The notes under the pieces: generated by a model | What the model was told of the DNA's origin: nothing | Databases searched by the model: none | What the model saw: the letters and a program-made list of their open reading frames with translations, nothing else | Program-made: the position numbers and the translations under genes | Shown here: positions 47,601 through 59,100 of the stretch, one piece after another | How the letters are laid out: every line of letters starts with the position of its first letter | Numbering within the stretch: position 1 is the first letter of the stretch | Assembly (NCBI RefSeq): GCF_020745735.1 | Contig: NW_026867603.1 | Location: 1,922,001-1,986,000, forward strand | Direction of reading: 5' to 3' | DNA: 64,000 nucleotides | Source: Hemiscyllium ocellatum | Taxonomy: Eukaryota

Positions 47601-50600
47601 AGTGTCACAGTGTGTCTCAGATGTCAGAGGGTGTCACAGTATTTCTCAGAGAGAGTCAAAGAGTTTCAGGATTTATCACACTGTGTCAGGGAGAGTCATA
47701 GTGTGTATCAGAGTGTCAGAGAGTGTCTCCGAGCGTGTCAGAGTGCCACAGTGTGTCTCAGAGAGTGTCAGAGTATATCGGAGTATCACATTGTCTCAGA
47801 GACTGTCACAGTCTGTCAAAGATTGGCGGCACACTATGTCACAGTGAGTATCATAGTTTGTCTCAGAGTGTCGGAGGGTGTCACACTGTTTCTCAGAAAG
47901 ACTCAGGGAGTGTCAGGGAGTGTCACAGTGTGTCTCAGAGAGTGTCAGAGTATGTCGGAGCGTCACAGTGTCTCAGAGGCTGTCACAGTCTGTCAGAGAT
48001 ATGCGGCACAGTATGTCACAGTAAGTGTCAGGGTTTGTCTCAGAGTGAGGTAGGGTGTCACACTGTTTCTCAGAGAGAGTAAGAGAGTGTCAAGGAGTGT
48101 CACAGTGTGTCTCAGAGAGTGTCAGGGAGGGTCAGAGAGTGCCAAAGTGTGACTCAGAGTGTCAGAGAATGTCTCCGAGCATTTCAAACAGTGTCACAGT
48201 TTGTCTCAGAAATTTTCAGCGGAAGTCAGAGTGCCACAGTGTTTTTCAGAGAGAGACAGAGAGCGTTACACTGAGTCTCGGAGAGTGTCACAGCGTATTC
48301 CGATATGTCTCAGAGAATGTCAGAGATTATCACAGTGTATCTCAGAGAGTGTCTCGGTGTGTCAGAGTGTCAAAGTCTGTCTCAGAGAGTGTCAGCGAGA
48401 ATCAGAGAGTGCCACATTGTGTCTCAGAGAGAGAGAGTGTGTCACAGTGAGTCTCGGAGAGTGTCAGAGATGTTCACAGTGTGTCTTAGTGAGTGTCTCA
48501 GTGTTTCAGAGAATGTCACATTGTGTCTCAGAGAGTGTCAGAGGGTGTCACAGTGTTTCACAGAGAGTGTCAGAAAACTGTCATAGTGTCTCAGAGAGTG
48601 TCAGCCAGTGTCAGAAAGTGTCACAGAGAATCAGAGTGTCACAGTATGTCTCAGAGAGTTGCAGAGTGTCACAGTGTATTTCATTCAGTGTCAGAGAGAG
48701 TCAAAGCGTGTCTCAGAGAGAGTCACATTTTGGCAGTGTGTCTCAGAGAGTGTCACAGTGCCTCAGGGAGTATCAGTCAGAATCAGAGGGAGTCAGAGAG
48801 TGTCGCTGTTTGTCTCAGAGAGTGTCAGAACCAGTCAGATAGTGTCACAATATGTGTCAGAGAGTGACAGAGTGAGTCAGAGAGTATCACATTGTGTTTC
48901 AGAGAGTATCACAGTGTGTCTCAGCATCAGTCAGATAGTGTCACAGTGTTTCACGGAGTTTCTCAGAGAATGACACTGTGTGTCTCAGAGGCAAACAGAA
49001 TGTCACAGTGTGTCTCAGAGAGAGACAGATCGTAACAGTCTGTCTCGGAGATGTCAGAAACGGTCACTGTGTCTCAGAGAGTAAAGTCAGCGTTTGAGAG
49101 ATTTAGAGAGTGTCACACTGTGTCAGAGAGTGTCAGAGATTCGCACAATATGTCTTAGAGATAGTCCGAGAGGGTCACAGTATGTCTGAGGGAGTGTTGG
49201 AGGGTGTCACAGTGCGTCGCAGTCTGTAAGCGATGTGTCAAAGTGTGTCTCAGAGAGTGTCAGAGATTTGGGGAGTGTCAGAGTGTGTCACAGTCTGTCA
49301 GAGATTGTCACACTCTCTCAGAGAGTGTCAGAGCCTGTCACAGTGTGTACATGTGTCTCAGCGAGTGAAAGAGAGTCAACGAGTGTCACACTCTGTTTCA
49401 CAGAGAGTCATAGTCTGTCACAGTGTGTCAGGGAGTGGCAGCACAGTATGTCTCAGAGAGTGTCACAGTGTGTCTCAGAGTGTCGGGTGGTGTCACAGTG
49501 TTTCTTAGAGACAGTCAAAGAGTTTCAGGGAGCATAACACTGTCTCACAGAGAGTCATAGTGTGTATCATAGAGTGTCAGAGAGTGTCTCCGAGCATGCT
49601 AGAGTATCACAGTGTGTCTCAGAGAGTGTCACGGTATGTCAGAGTGTCACAGTGTCTCAGACAGTCAAAGTCTGTCAAAGGGTGGCGGCACATTACGTCA
49701 CAATGAGTGTCACAGTGTGTCTCAGAGAGTGTCAGAGGGAGAGTCAGAGAGTGTCAAAATGTGACTCAGAGCGCCAGAGAGTGTCTCCGAGCATTTCAAA
49801 GAGTGTCACAGTGTGTCTCAGAGAGTGTCAGCGAGAGTCAGAGAATGTCACAGCGTTTTCAGAGAGAGACAGAGAGTATCACAGTGAGTCTCGGAGAGTG
49901 TCAGAGCGTATTACAATATGTCTCAGAGAGTGTCAAAGAGTATCACAGTGTGTCTCAGAGAGTGTCACAGTGAGTTTCGGTGAGTGTCAAAGATTGTCAC
50001 AGTATATCTCAGAGAGTGTCTCAGTGTGTCAGAGAATGTCACAGTATGTCTCAGACAGTGTCAGCGAGAATCAGACAGTGCCACATTGTGTCTCAGAGAG
50101 AGACAGAGTGTGTCACAGTGAGTCTCGGAGAGTGTCAGTGCGTGTCACAGTGTGACTCATGAGCGTCAGAGAGTATCATAGTGTGTCCGACAATGGATAA
50201 GTGTGTCTCAGAGAGTGTCACAGTGAGTTTCAGAGAGTATCAGAGATTGTCACAGTATATCTCAGAGAGTGTCTCAGTGTGTCAGAGAGTGTCACGGTGT
50301 GTCTCAGAGAGTTTCAGTGAGAATCAGAGAGTGCCATATTGTGTCTCAGAAAGAGACAGAGTGTGTCACAGTGAGTCTCGGAGAGTGTCAGAGCGTGTCA
50401 CAGTGTCTCATGAGGGTTAGAGAGTATCATAGTATGTCCGACAGTGGATAAGTGTGTCTCAGAGAGTGTCACAGTGAGTTTCGGAGAGTATCAAAGATTG
50501 TCATAGTGTGCCTCAGAGAGTGTCAGGATGTCACAGTGTGTCTCTGAGTGTCAGAGACTGTCAGAGTGTCTCAGAGATTGTCAGTCAGTATCAGAGAGTG

Positions 50601-51130
50601 TCACAGAGAATCAGAGAGTGTCACAGTGTGTCTCAGAAGTGTCAGAGTGTCAGAGTGTATTTAAGTCAGTGTCAGGGAGAGTCATAGCGAGTCTCATAGA
50701 GTGTCACATTTTGGCACAGTGTGTCCCAGAGAGTGTCAAAGTGCCTCAGGGAGTATCAGTCAGAGTCAGAGAGTGTCACACTGTCTCAGAGAGTGTCAGA
50801 GAGTGACACAGTGTGTTTCAGAGAATGTCAGAGAGGATGAAAGTGCGTCAGAGAGTGTCACAGTGTGTCTCAGAGAGAGTTAGAGAGTGTCACAGTGAGT
50901 CAGAGTGTGTCACAGTGTGCCTCAGAGACTGCGAGAGAGCGTCATAGCGTAAGCCAGAGGGTGTCACATTGAGCGACAGTATGTATCAGAGAGAGTTACA
51001 GTGCCCCAGGGAGTCAGTCAGCCTCCGAGAGAGTCCGGGAGTATTACACTACGTCAGAGAGTGTCATACCGTGCCAGAGTCTCACTCTATGTCAGAGAGT
51101 GTGACAGTTCGTCAGAGAGTGTCACAGTGC
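44665..51130. repeat. CACAGTG/CTCAGAG satellite, block 1
   Basis: Degenerate GTCACAGTGTGTCTCAGAGAGT-type units throughout. Confidence 0.95.
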
Positions 51131-52065
51131 ATAGAATATAAAGCATAGAACAGTACAGCACAGAACAGGCCCTTCAGCCCATGATGTTGTGCCGACAAAT
51201 GGTCAAATTTCTGTGACCATATGCATGTCCAGAAGTCTCTTAAATTTCCAGAATGACCTTGCTTCCATGACTGCTGCTAGCAAAGCATTCTTAGCTGTCT
51301 TTGTAAAGAATCCGCCCTTAACATCCCCTCTACATTTTATTCCAACCAGCTTAAAACTATGTCCCCTCGTGTTAGCCATTTCTGTCCTGGGAAACAGTGT
51401 CTGGCTATCGACTCTATCTATGCCTCTCATTATCTTGGGTCCCTCAATTAGGTACCCCTTGCTCCTCCTTTTCTCCAATGAAAAAAATCTGAGCTCAGTC
51501 AAACTGTCTTCATAAGATAAGCCCTGCAGTCGAGGCAGCATCTTGATAAACCTCCTCTGAAACCTTTCCGAGCATCCACATCTTTCTAATAATAGGGCGA
51601 CCAGTACTGGAGGCAGTTTTCCAAGTGCGGTCTAACCAAAGATTTACAGAGCTGCAACAAGGTCTAACGACTATTAAACTCAATCCCCCTGTTAATGAAA
51701 GCCAAAACACCATGTGCTTTCTTAACAACCCTGTCCACTTGGGTGGCCATTTTGAGGGATCTGTGTATCTGCACATCAAGATCTCTCTGTTCCTCCACAC
51801 TGCCAAGAATCCTATCCTTAATCCTGAATTCAGGGTTCAAATTCGACCTTCCAAAATGCATCACCTCGCATTTATCTGTTTGAACTCCATCTGCCACATC
51901 TCAGCCCATCTCTGCATCCTGTCAATGTTCCAATGTAGCCTACAGCAGACCTCTATACTGTCAACGACAGCTCCACCTTTGTGTCATCTGCAAACTTGCT
52001 GACCCATTCTTCAATCCCCACATCCAAGTCATTAATAAAAATTATAAACGGTAGAGGCGCAAGAA

Positions 52066-54639
52066 TATTAGAAATAGTATAGTGGCTGCAGAAAGGCAGT
52101 TCGAGGGGGATCTGCCTTTGGAGGTAGTATGGGTTGAAGTCCGAAATAGGAAAGGAGCAGTCGACTTGTTGGGTGTTTACTATAGGCCACTCAATAGCAG
52201 CAGAGATGTGGAGAAACAGATTGGGAAGCAGATTTTGGAAAGGTGCAGAAGCCACAGGGTAGTAGTCATGGCGATTTCAACTTCCCAAATATTGATTGGA
52301 AGCTCTTTAGATCAAGTAGATTGTTCGACCAGAGGGGAGGCTATATTGGATTTGGTACTCTGTAACGAACCGGGTCAAGTGATGGGCTTGTTAGGAGGTG
52401 AGCATTTTGGTGATGGTGACCACAATTCTGTGACTTTCACCTTGGTTATGGAGAGAGATAGGTGCGCACAACAGGGTAGGTTTTACAATTAGGGAAGGGT
52501 AAATACGATGCTGCAAGACAGGATTTGAGGCGCATAAGTTGGGAGCATAGGCTGTCAGGGAAGGATGTCGTTGAAATGTGGAACTTTTTCAAGGAACAGA
52601 TACTACGTGTCCTTGATATGAATGTACCTGTCAGGCAGAAAAGTGATTGTCGTGTGAGGGAACCTTGGTTGACGAGGGAGGTTGAATGTTTAGTGAAGAG
52701 GAAGAAGGAGGCTTACATAAGGTTGAGGAAACAGGGTTCAGACAGAGCGTTGGAGGGATACAGGATAGCCAGGAGGGAGCTGAAGAAAGGGATTAGGAGA
52801 GCTAAGAGCGGGCATGAAAAATATTTGGCGGGTAGAATCAAAGATAACCCCAAGGCCTTTTATGCGTATGTGAGAAACATGAGAATGACGAGAACGAGGG
52901 TAGATCCGATCAAGGACTGGAGTGGGAGACTGTGCATTGAGTCGAAAAAGATAGGAGAGGTCTTGAATGAGTACTTTTCTTCAGTATTTACAAATGAAAG
53001 GGACTATATTGTTGAAGAGGAGAGTATGAAACGGACTGGTAAGGTAGAGGAGATACTTGTTAGGAAGGAAGATGTGTTAGGCATTTTGAAAAACTTGAGG
53101 ATAGACAAGTCCCCCGGACCTGACGGGATATTTCCTAGGATTATGTGGGAAGCAAAAGAGAAAATTGCAGAGCTGTTGACAATGATCTTTTCGTCTTCAC
53201 TGTCAACCGGGGTGGTACCAGGGTACTGGAGAGTGGCGAAAGTTGTACCCCAGTTCAAAAAAGTGAATATAGATAACCGCGGGAATTGCAGGCCAGTTAG
53301 TCTTACTTCGTTAGTAGGCAAAGTAATGGAAAGGGTACTGATGGATAGGATTCATGAGTGTCTGGAAAGACACTGCTTAATTAGGAACAGCTAGCACTGA
53401 TTTGTGAGGGGTAGATCTTGCCTTACACGTCTTATTGATTTCTTTGAGGAGGTGACCAAGCATGTAGATGAGGGTAGAGCAGTGAATGTAATGTACATGG
53501 ATTTTAGTAAGGCATTTCATAAGATTCTCCATGGTACTCTTATGAGGAAAATTAGGAGACATGGGATAGTGGGAAGTTTGACCAAATGGATAGAGAACCG
53601 GCTAACCAGTCGAGGTCAGAGAGTGGTGGTAGATGGTAAATATTCAGCCTGGGGCCCAATTACAAGTGGAGTTGCGGAGGGATCAGTTCTGGGTCCTCTG
53701 CTGTTTGTAAGTTTTATTAATGACTTGGAAGAGGGAGTCGAAGGGTGGGTCAGTAAATTTGCAGACGATATGAAGATTGGTGGGGTTGTGGATAGTGAGG
53801 AGTGCTGATGTCGGCTGCAAATGGACTTAGATATGATGCAGAGTTGGACTGAGGAGTGGCAGATGGAGGTCAAACCTGTCAAGTGTGAGGTTGTCAGTTT
53901 TGGAAGGACAAATACGAATGCGGAATACAGGGTTAACGGTAGGGTTCTTAGTAAGGTGGAGGAGCAGAGGGATCTTGGGGTCTATGTTCATAGGTCTTTC
54001 AAAGTTGCCACTCAGGTGGATAGAGCTTGTAAGAAGGCCTCTGGTGTATTAGCGTTCATTAGCAGAAGGATTGAATTCAAGAGTCGTGAGGTGATATTGC
54101 AGCTGTATAGGACCTTGGTAAGGCCACATTTGGAGTACTGTGTGCAGTTCTGGTCGCCTCACTTTAGGAAAGATGTGGAATCTTTGGAGAGGGTGCAAAG
54201 GAGATTTACCAGGATGTTGTCTGGAATGTAGAATAGGTCATACGAGGGTAGGTTGAGAGTGCTAGACCTTTTCTTATTGGAACGGCGAAGGATGAGGGGT
54301 GACTTGATAGAGGTTTATAAAATGATCGTGGGAATAGATAGAGTAGACAGTCAGAGAGATTTTCCCTGGGTACAACAGAGTGTTACAAGGGAACACAAAT
54401 TTAAGGTGAAGGGTGAAAAGTATAGGGGGCATGTCAGAGGCATGTTCTTTACCCAGAGAGTGGTGGGGGCATGGAATGCATTGACTGTGGGAGTGGCAGA
54501 CTCCCAATCATTGGTGGCATTGAAGCAGAAATTGGATAGGTACATGGATAGGTGCTTAAGATAGGTCAAATGTTCGACACAACATCGTGGGCCGAAGGGC
54601 CTGTTCTGTGATGTATTGTTCTATGTTCTGTGTTCTATG
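52066..54639 (+). mobile_element. Nested CR1 (EN mid-region to 3' tail), 2.6 kb, ORF2 broken by a few stops and frameshifts
   Basis: Segments 52525-53394, 53404-53808, 53821-54231 and 54253-54564 share one frame; tail TTCTATGTTCTGTGTTCTATG. Confidence 0.92.
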
Positions 54640-54912
54640 ACAGAGCCCTGTGGAACACCACTCACCACTGACATCCAGGTAAATATTTTCCTTCTACTAC
54701 CGCTCGCTGTCTTCTGTATTCAGACAGCTATGTTCCCCGAATTCAAATCCTCCTGACCTTCTGAATGAGCTTACCATGGGGAACCTTATCAAATGCCTTG
54801 CTGCACTCCATATACACCACATCCACAGCACGACGCTCGTCAATTTTTCTAGTCACATCCTCAATGAAATCGATAACGTTTGTGTGGCATGACCAGCCCC
54901 TCACAAAGCCGT

Positions 54913-55640
54913 AGAATAAAGTGGAGATGCCGGAGATCAGAGATGAAAAATGTGTTGCTGGAAAAGTGCAGCAGGTCAGGCAGCATCCAAAGATCAGGGG
55001 AATCGACGTTTCGGGCATAAGCCCTTCCTCATGAATGAAGTGGGTGTGCTAAGCAGGCTATGATAAAATATAGGGAGGAGGGACTTGGGTGAGGGCCGTT
55101 AGGAATACGATAGGTGGAAGGAGTTTTAGGTGAGGGTGATAGGCCGTAGTGGGTGTGGAGGCAGTGAGGTCGGGAAGAATATTGCAGGTCAAGAAGGTGG
55201 TGCTGTGTCCGAGGGTTGGGACGGAGATAAGGTAGGGGGAGGGTAAATGAGGAATCTGGGGAAATCTGCTATCATCCCTTCTAGTTGGAGTGTTCGTAGG
55301 CGGAAGAAGAGGCGCTCTTCCTCTAGGTGTCATATTTCCATGGTCTTGCGATGGAGCAGGCCAAGGACCTGCATGTCCTTGGCGGATTGGGAGGGGGAGT
55401 TCAAGTGTTCAGCCACTGGGCGGTTGGGTTGGTTGGTGTGGGTGATTAAGAGGTGTTCTGTGAAACGTTCCGTAAGTATGTGGCCTTTATCTCCAATGTA
55501 GAGGAGGCCACATCGGATGGAGTGGATGCAGTAAATGATGAGTGTGGTGGCACAGTTGAATTTGTGACGGATATGGAAGGATCCTTGGGGCCTTGGACGG
55601 AAGAGAGGTGAGAGGTGTGGGCGCAAGTTTTGCATTTCAT
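54913..55640 (-). mobile_element. Nested Neptune-type PLE (Cys linker, GIY-YIG, 3' tail) with TSD GCCGT
   Basis: KCKTCAH linker; IIYCIHSIRCGLLYIGD...RFTEH; GCCGT at 54908-54912 and 55641-55645. Confidence 0.88.
55001..55036 (-). ncRNA. Near-intact minimal hammerhead motif (C3 changed to A)
   Basis: AUGAGGA-A-GGGC-UUAU-GCCC-GAAA-CGUC-GAUU; one core substitution, weak helix I. Confidence 0.5.
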
Positions 55641-56167
55641 GCCGTGTTAACTGCATTTAATCAAGCTATGCTTTTCCAAATGCTCATAAATCCTATCACT
55701 CAGAATCCTTTCTAACATCTTGCAGACGATAGACATGAGACTTACTGGTCTGTAATGGCCGGGGATTTCCCTATTTCCTTTCTTGAAGAGGGGAATTACA
55801 TTTGCCTCTCTCCAGTCCTCAGGTACGACTCCAGTGGAGAGCGAGGATGCAAAGATCTTCACAAGTGGCGAAGCCATTGCATTTCTCGTTTCCCAAAGCA
55901 GCCGAGGACAAATCTGGTCCCGGCCTGGCGACTTGTCAATCTTAATGTTTGACAAAATTTTCAGCACAAACGCTTCTTCCACCTGTATTCTTTCTATCAT
56001 GCACATCTGCTCTTTAACGGCTTCATTCACTGCAAAGTTCGTTTCTTTTGTAAAGACAGAAGCACAAAAAACATTTTGGACTTCCCCTACCTCCTCAGAC
56101 TCCACACACAGGCTCTCTATGCTATCCTTGATCGGCCCTACTCGTTCTTTGACCATTCTCTTATTCT

Positions 56168-59100
56168 TCAGAGTTTGTCAGAGTGTTATCGTTTGTCTCG
56201 GAGAGTGTCACGGTGTCTCAGAGAATGTCTCTCAGAGTCAGAGAGAGTCAGAGAGTGGCACAGGACATCTAACAGTCTGACACAGTGTGTGTCAGAGAGT
56301 GTCAAAGAGAGTCAGACAGTATCACAGTGTGTCTCAAAGAGTGTCAGAGTCTGTTAGAGTGTGCCTCAGAGATTTTCACCATATGTCTCAGGGAGTGACA
56401 CAGATAGTCAGAGAGTGTCAAAGTGTGTTTCAGAGAGAGTCAGAGACTGTCACAGTGTCTCAGAGAGTGTCATTCAATGTCAGAGAGATTCAGAGAGTGG
56501 CAAAGCATATCCCGGTGTGTGGCACAGTGTGTGTCAGAGAGAGACGGATAGTTTCACAGTGTGTCATATTGCGTTCAGAGAGTGTCAGAGTGTCACAGTG
56601 CTTCTCATAGTGTCGGAGTGTGTCACAGTGTGTAACAGATAGTGTCAGAGAGTGTCATGTGAGTATCAGAGAATGTAACAGAGGGTCAGACAGTATCACA
56701 GTGTGTCTCAGAGAGAGACAGTGAGCGTCCCAGTGTGTCTCAGAGAGTGTCAGAAAGGGTCACAGCGTCTCAGAGAGTAGAGGCAGTGTCAGAGAGTGTC
56801 ACAGTGCGTCAAAGAGTAGCACAATATGTCTCTGAGCGTGTCCGAAAATGTCACTGTATGTCACAGAGTGTCAGAGAGTTGGACATTGTTTATCAGTTTG
56901 TTAGAGAGTGTAACCATGTGTCACAGAGAGTTTCAGAGTGTCAGAGAGTGTCACAGTCTGTCAGAGATTGTCTCAGTGACTCAGAGAGTGTCAAAGTCTG
57001 TCACAGTTTGTCATGAGAGTCAACATATGTCTCATCGAGTGGCAGAGGCAGACAAAGAGTATCAGAGAGAGTCAGAGACTGTGACAGTGTGTCAGGGTGA
57101 GTCATAGCATGTCTCATAGAGTGTCAGAGGGATTCAGAGAGTGCCACAGTTTGTCTCAGAGAGTGGCACAGCGTGTCTCAGAGAGTGCCTCTGAGCGTGT
57201 TAGAGAGTCTCACAGTGTGTCTCAGTGAGTGTCACAGTCTGTCGGAATTCCATAGTCTGCCTCAAAGAGTGCCACATTGTGTGACAGAGAGTGAGACAGT
57301 GTGTCTCAGAGTGTGTCAGAGAGAGTCAGAGAGTATCACAATGTCTCTAGGAGAGTGCCACAGTGTGTCACAGAGAGTGTCACAGTATGTCAGAGATTGT
57401 CACAGTGTGTCTCAGTGAGTGTCACAGTGTGTCAAAGAGTGCCACAGCGTGCCTCAGAGAATGTTAGAGGGAGTCATAGCGTGTGTCGGAGAGTGACCCA
57501 TTGTGGCACAGTGTGTCTCAGAGAATGTCAGAGTGCCTCAGGGAGTGTCCGTCAGACTCAGAGAGACTCCGAGGGTGTCACACTGTCCCAGAAAGGGTCA
57601 CACCGTGTCATAGTATCACTTTATGTCAGAGAGTGTTGCAGTTCGTCAGAGAGTGTCACAGTATGTCTCAGAGTTTGTCAGACAGTGCCATAGTTTGTCT
57701 CAGAGAGTGCCAAGTGTCCCAGCGAGTGTCAGTCAGTGTCAGAGAGAGTCAGAGAGTGGCACTGGATATCTCAGAGTGTGCCACAGTGCATCTCAGAGAG
57801 TGTCAGAGAGATTCATAGTGTCACACAGAATCAGAGAGTGCCACAGTGTGTCTCAGAGAGTGTCAGAGTGTCACAGTGTGTTTCAGAGCAAGTCAGAAAG
57901 AGTAAGAGAGTGAAACAGAAAATCAGAATGCCACCGTGAGTCCCAAAGAGAGTCAGAGTGTCACAGTGTGTTTGAGAGAGTGTCAGAGAGAGTCACAGCG
58001 TGTCTCAGAGAGTGTTGCATTGTGGCACAATGTTTCTCAGAGAGTATCAGTCAGAATCAGAGGGAGTCAGAGAGTGTCACATTGTCTGAGAGAGAGTCAG
58101 AGAGTGTTACAGTGTGTCTCAGAGAGAGACAGCGATTGTCACAGTGTGACTCGGAGAGCGCCACAGTGTGGCTCAGAGACTGTTCGAGAGCTTCACAGTG
58201 TGTCCGAGAACGTCACAGTGTGTCTTAGAGAGTGTCAGAGAGTGTCACAGTGTGTCACAGATTGTCACCGTGTGTCTCACAGAGTGTCATAGTGCGTTAG
58301 AGTGTGTCACAGTGTTCCTCAGAGACTGTGAGAGAGAGAGTCATAGCGTGTGTCAGAGAATGTTACATCGTAGCACAGTGTGTCTCAGAGAGTGTTACCG
58401 TGACTCAGGGAGTGTCAGTCAGAATCAGAGAGAGTCGGAGAGTATCACACTGTGTCGGAGAGTATCACACCGTGTCAGAGTCTCACTCTATGTCAGAGAG
58501 TGTTACGATTCGTCAGAGAGTGTCACAGTATGTCTCAGAGTTTGTCAGAGAGTGTCATAGTTTATCTCTGAGAGTGTCACAGCGTCTCAGAGAGTGTCAG
58601 TCAGTGTCAGAGAGTGTCATAGAGAGACACAGGATATCTCAGAGTGTGCCACAGCATGTCTCAGAGAATGTCAGAGAGAGTCAGAGAGTGTCACTGTGCG
58701 TCTCTGATACAGACAGAGAATGTCACAATGTGTCAGAGAGAGCGTTAGAGAGAGTCAGATCGTATCACAGAGTGTCATACTGCCTCTCAGAGAGTGTCAG
58801 AGAGTGTCACAGTGCGTCTCATAGTGTCAGAGTGTGTCACGGTGTGTCACAGATAGAGGCAGAGAGTGTCTCAGTTAGTCTCAGGGAGTGTGACAGAGAA
58901 TCAGACAGTAGGACAGTGTGTCTCAGAGAGAGAGAGAGACAGTGAGCGTCACAGCGTGTGTCAGAAAGGGTCAAGGTGTCTCAAAGAGTAAAGTCACTGT
59001 CAGAGGGCGTCGCAGTGTGTCAGAGTGTAGCACAATATGTCTCAGAGAGAGTCCGAATGCGTCGCAGTATGTCTCAGAGAGTGTCAGTGTGTTGGGCAGT

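Larger units (their letters stand above)
51131..56167 (-). mobile_element. Host CR1 inserted in the satellite (pieces 51131-52065, 54640-54912, 55641-56167)
   Basis: Tail at 51131; removing the two inserts gives continuous CAAGAA-CAGAGCCCTG and AAGCCGT-GTTAAC joins; the 5' piece encodes KIDKSPGRDQICPRLLWE...YRPVSL. Confidence 0.85.
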
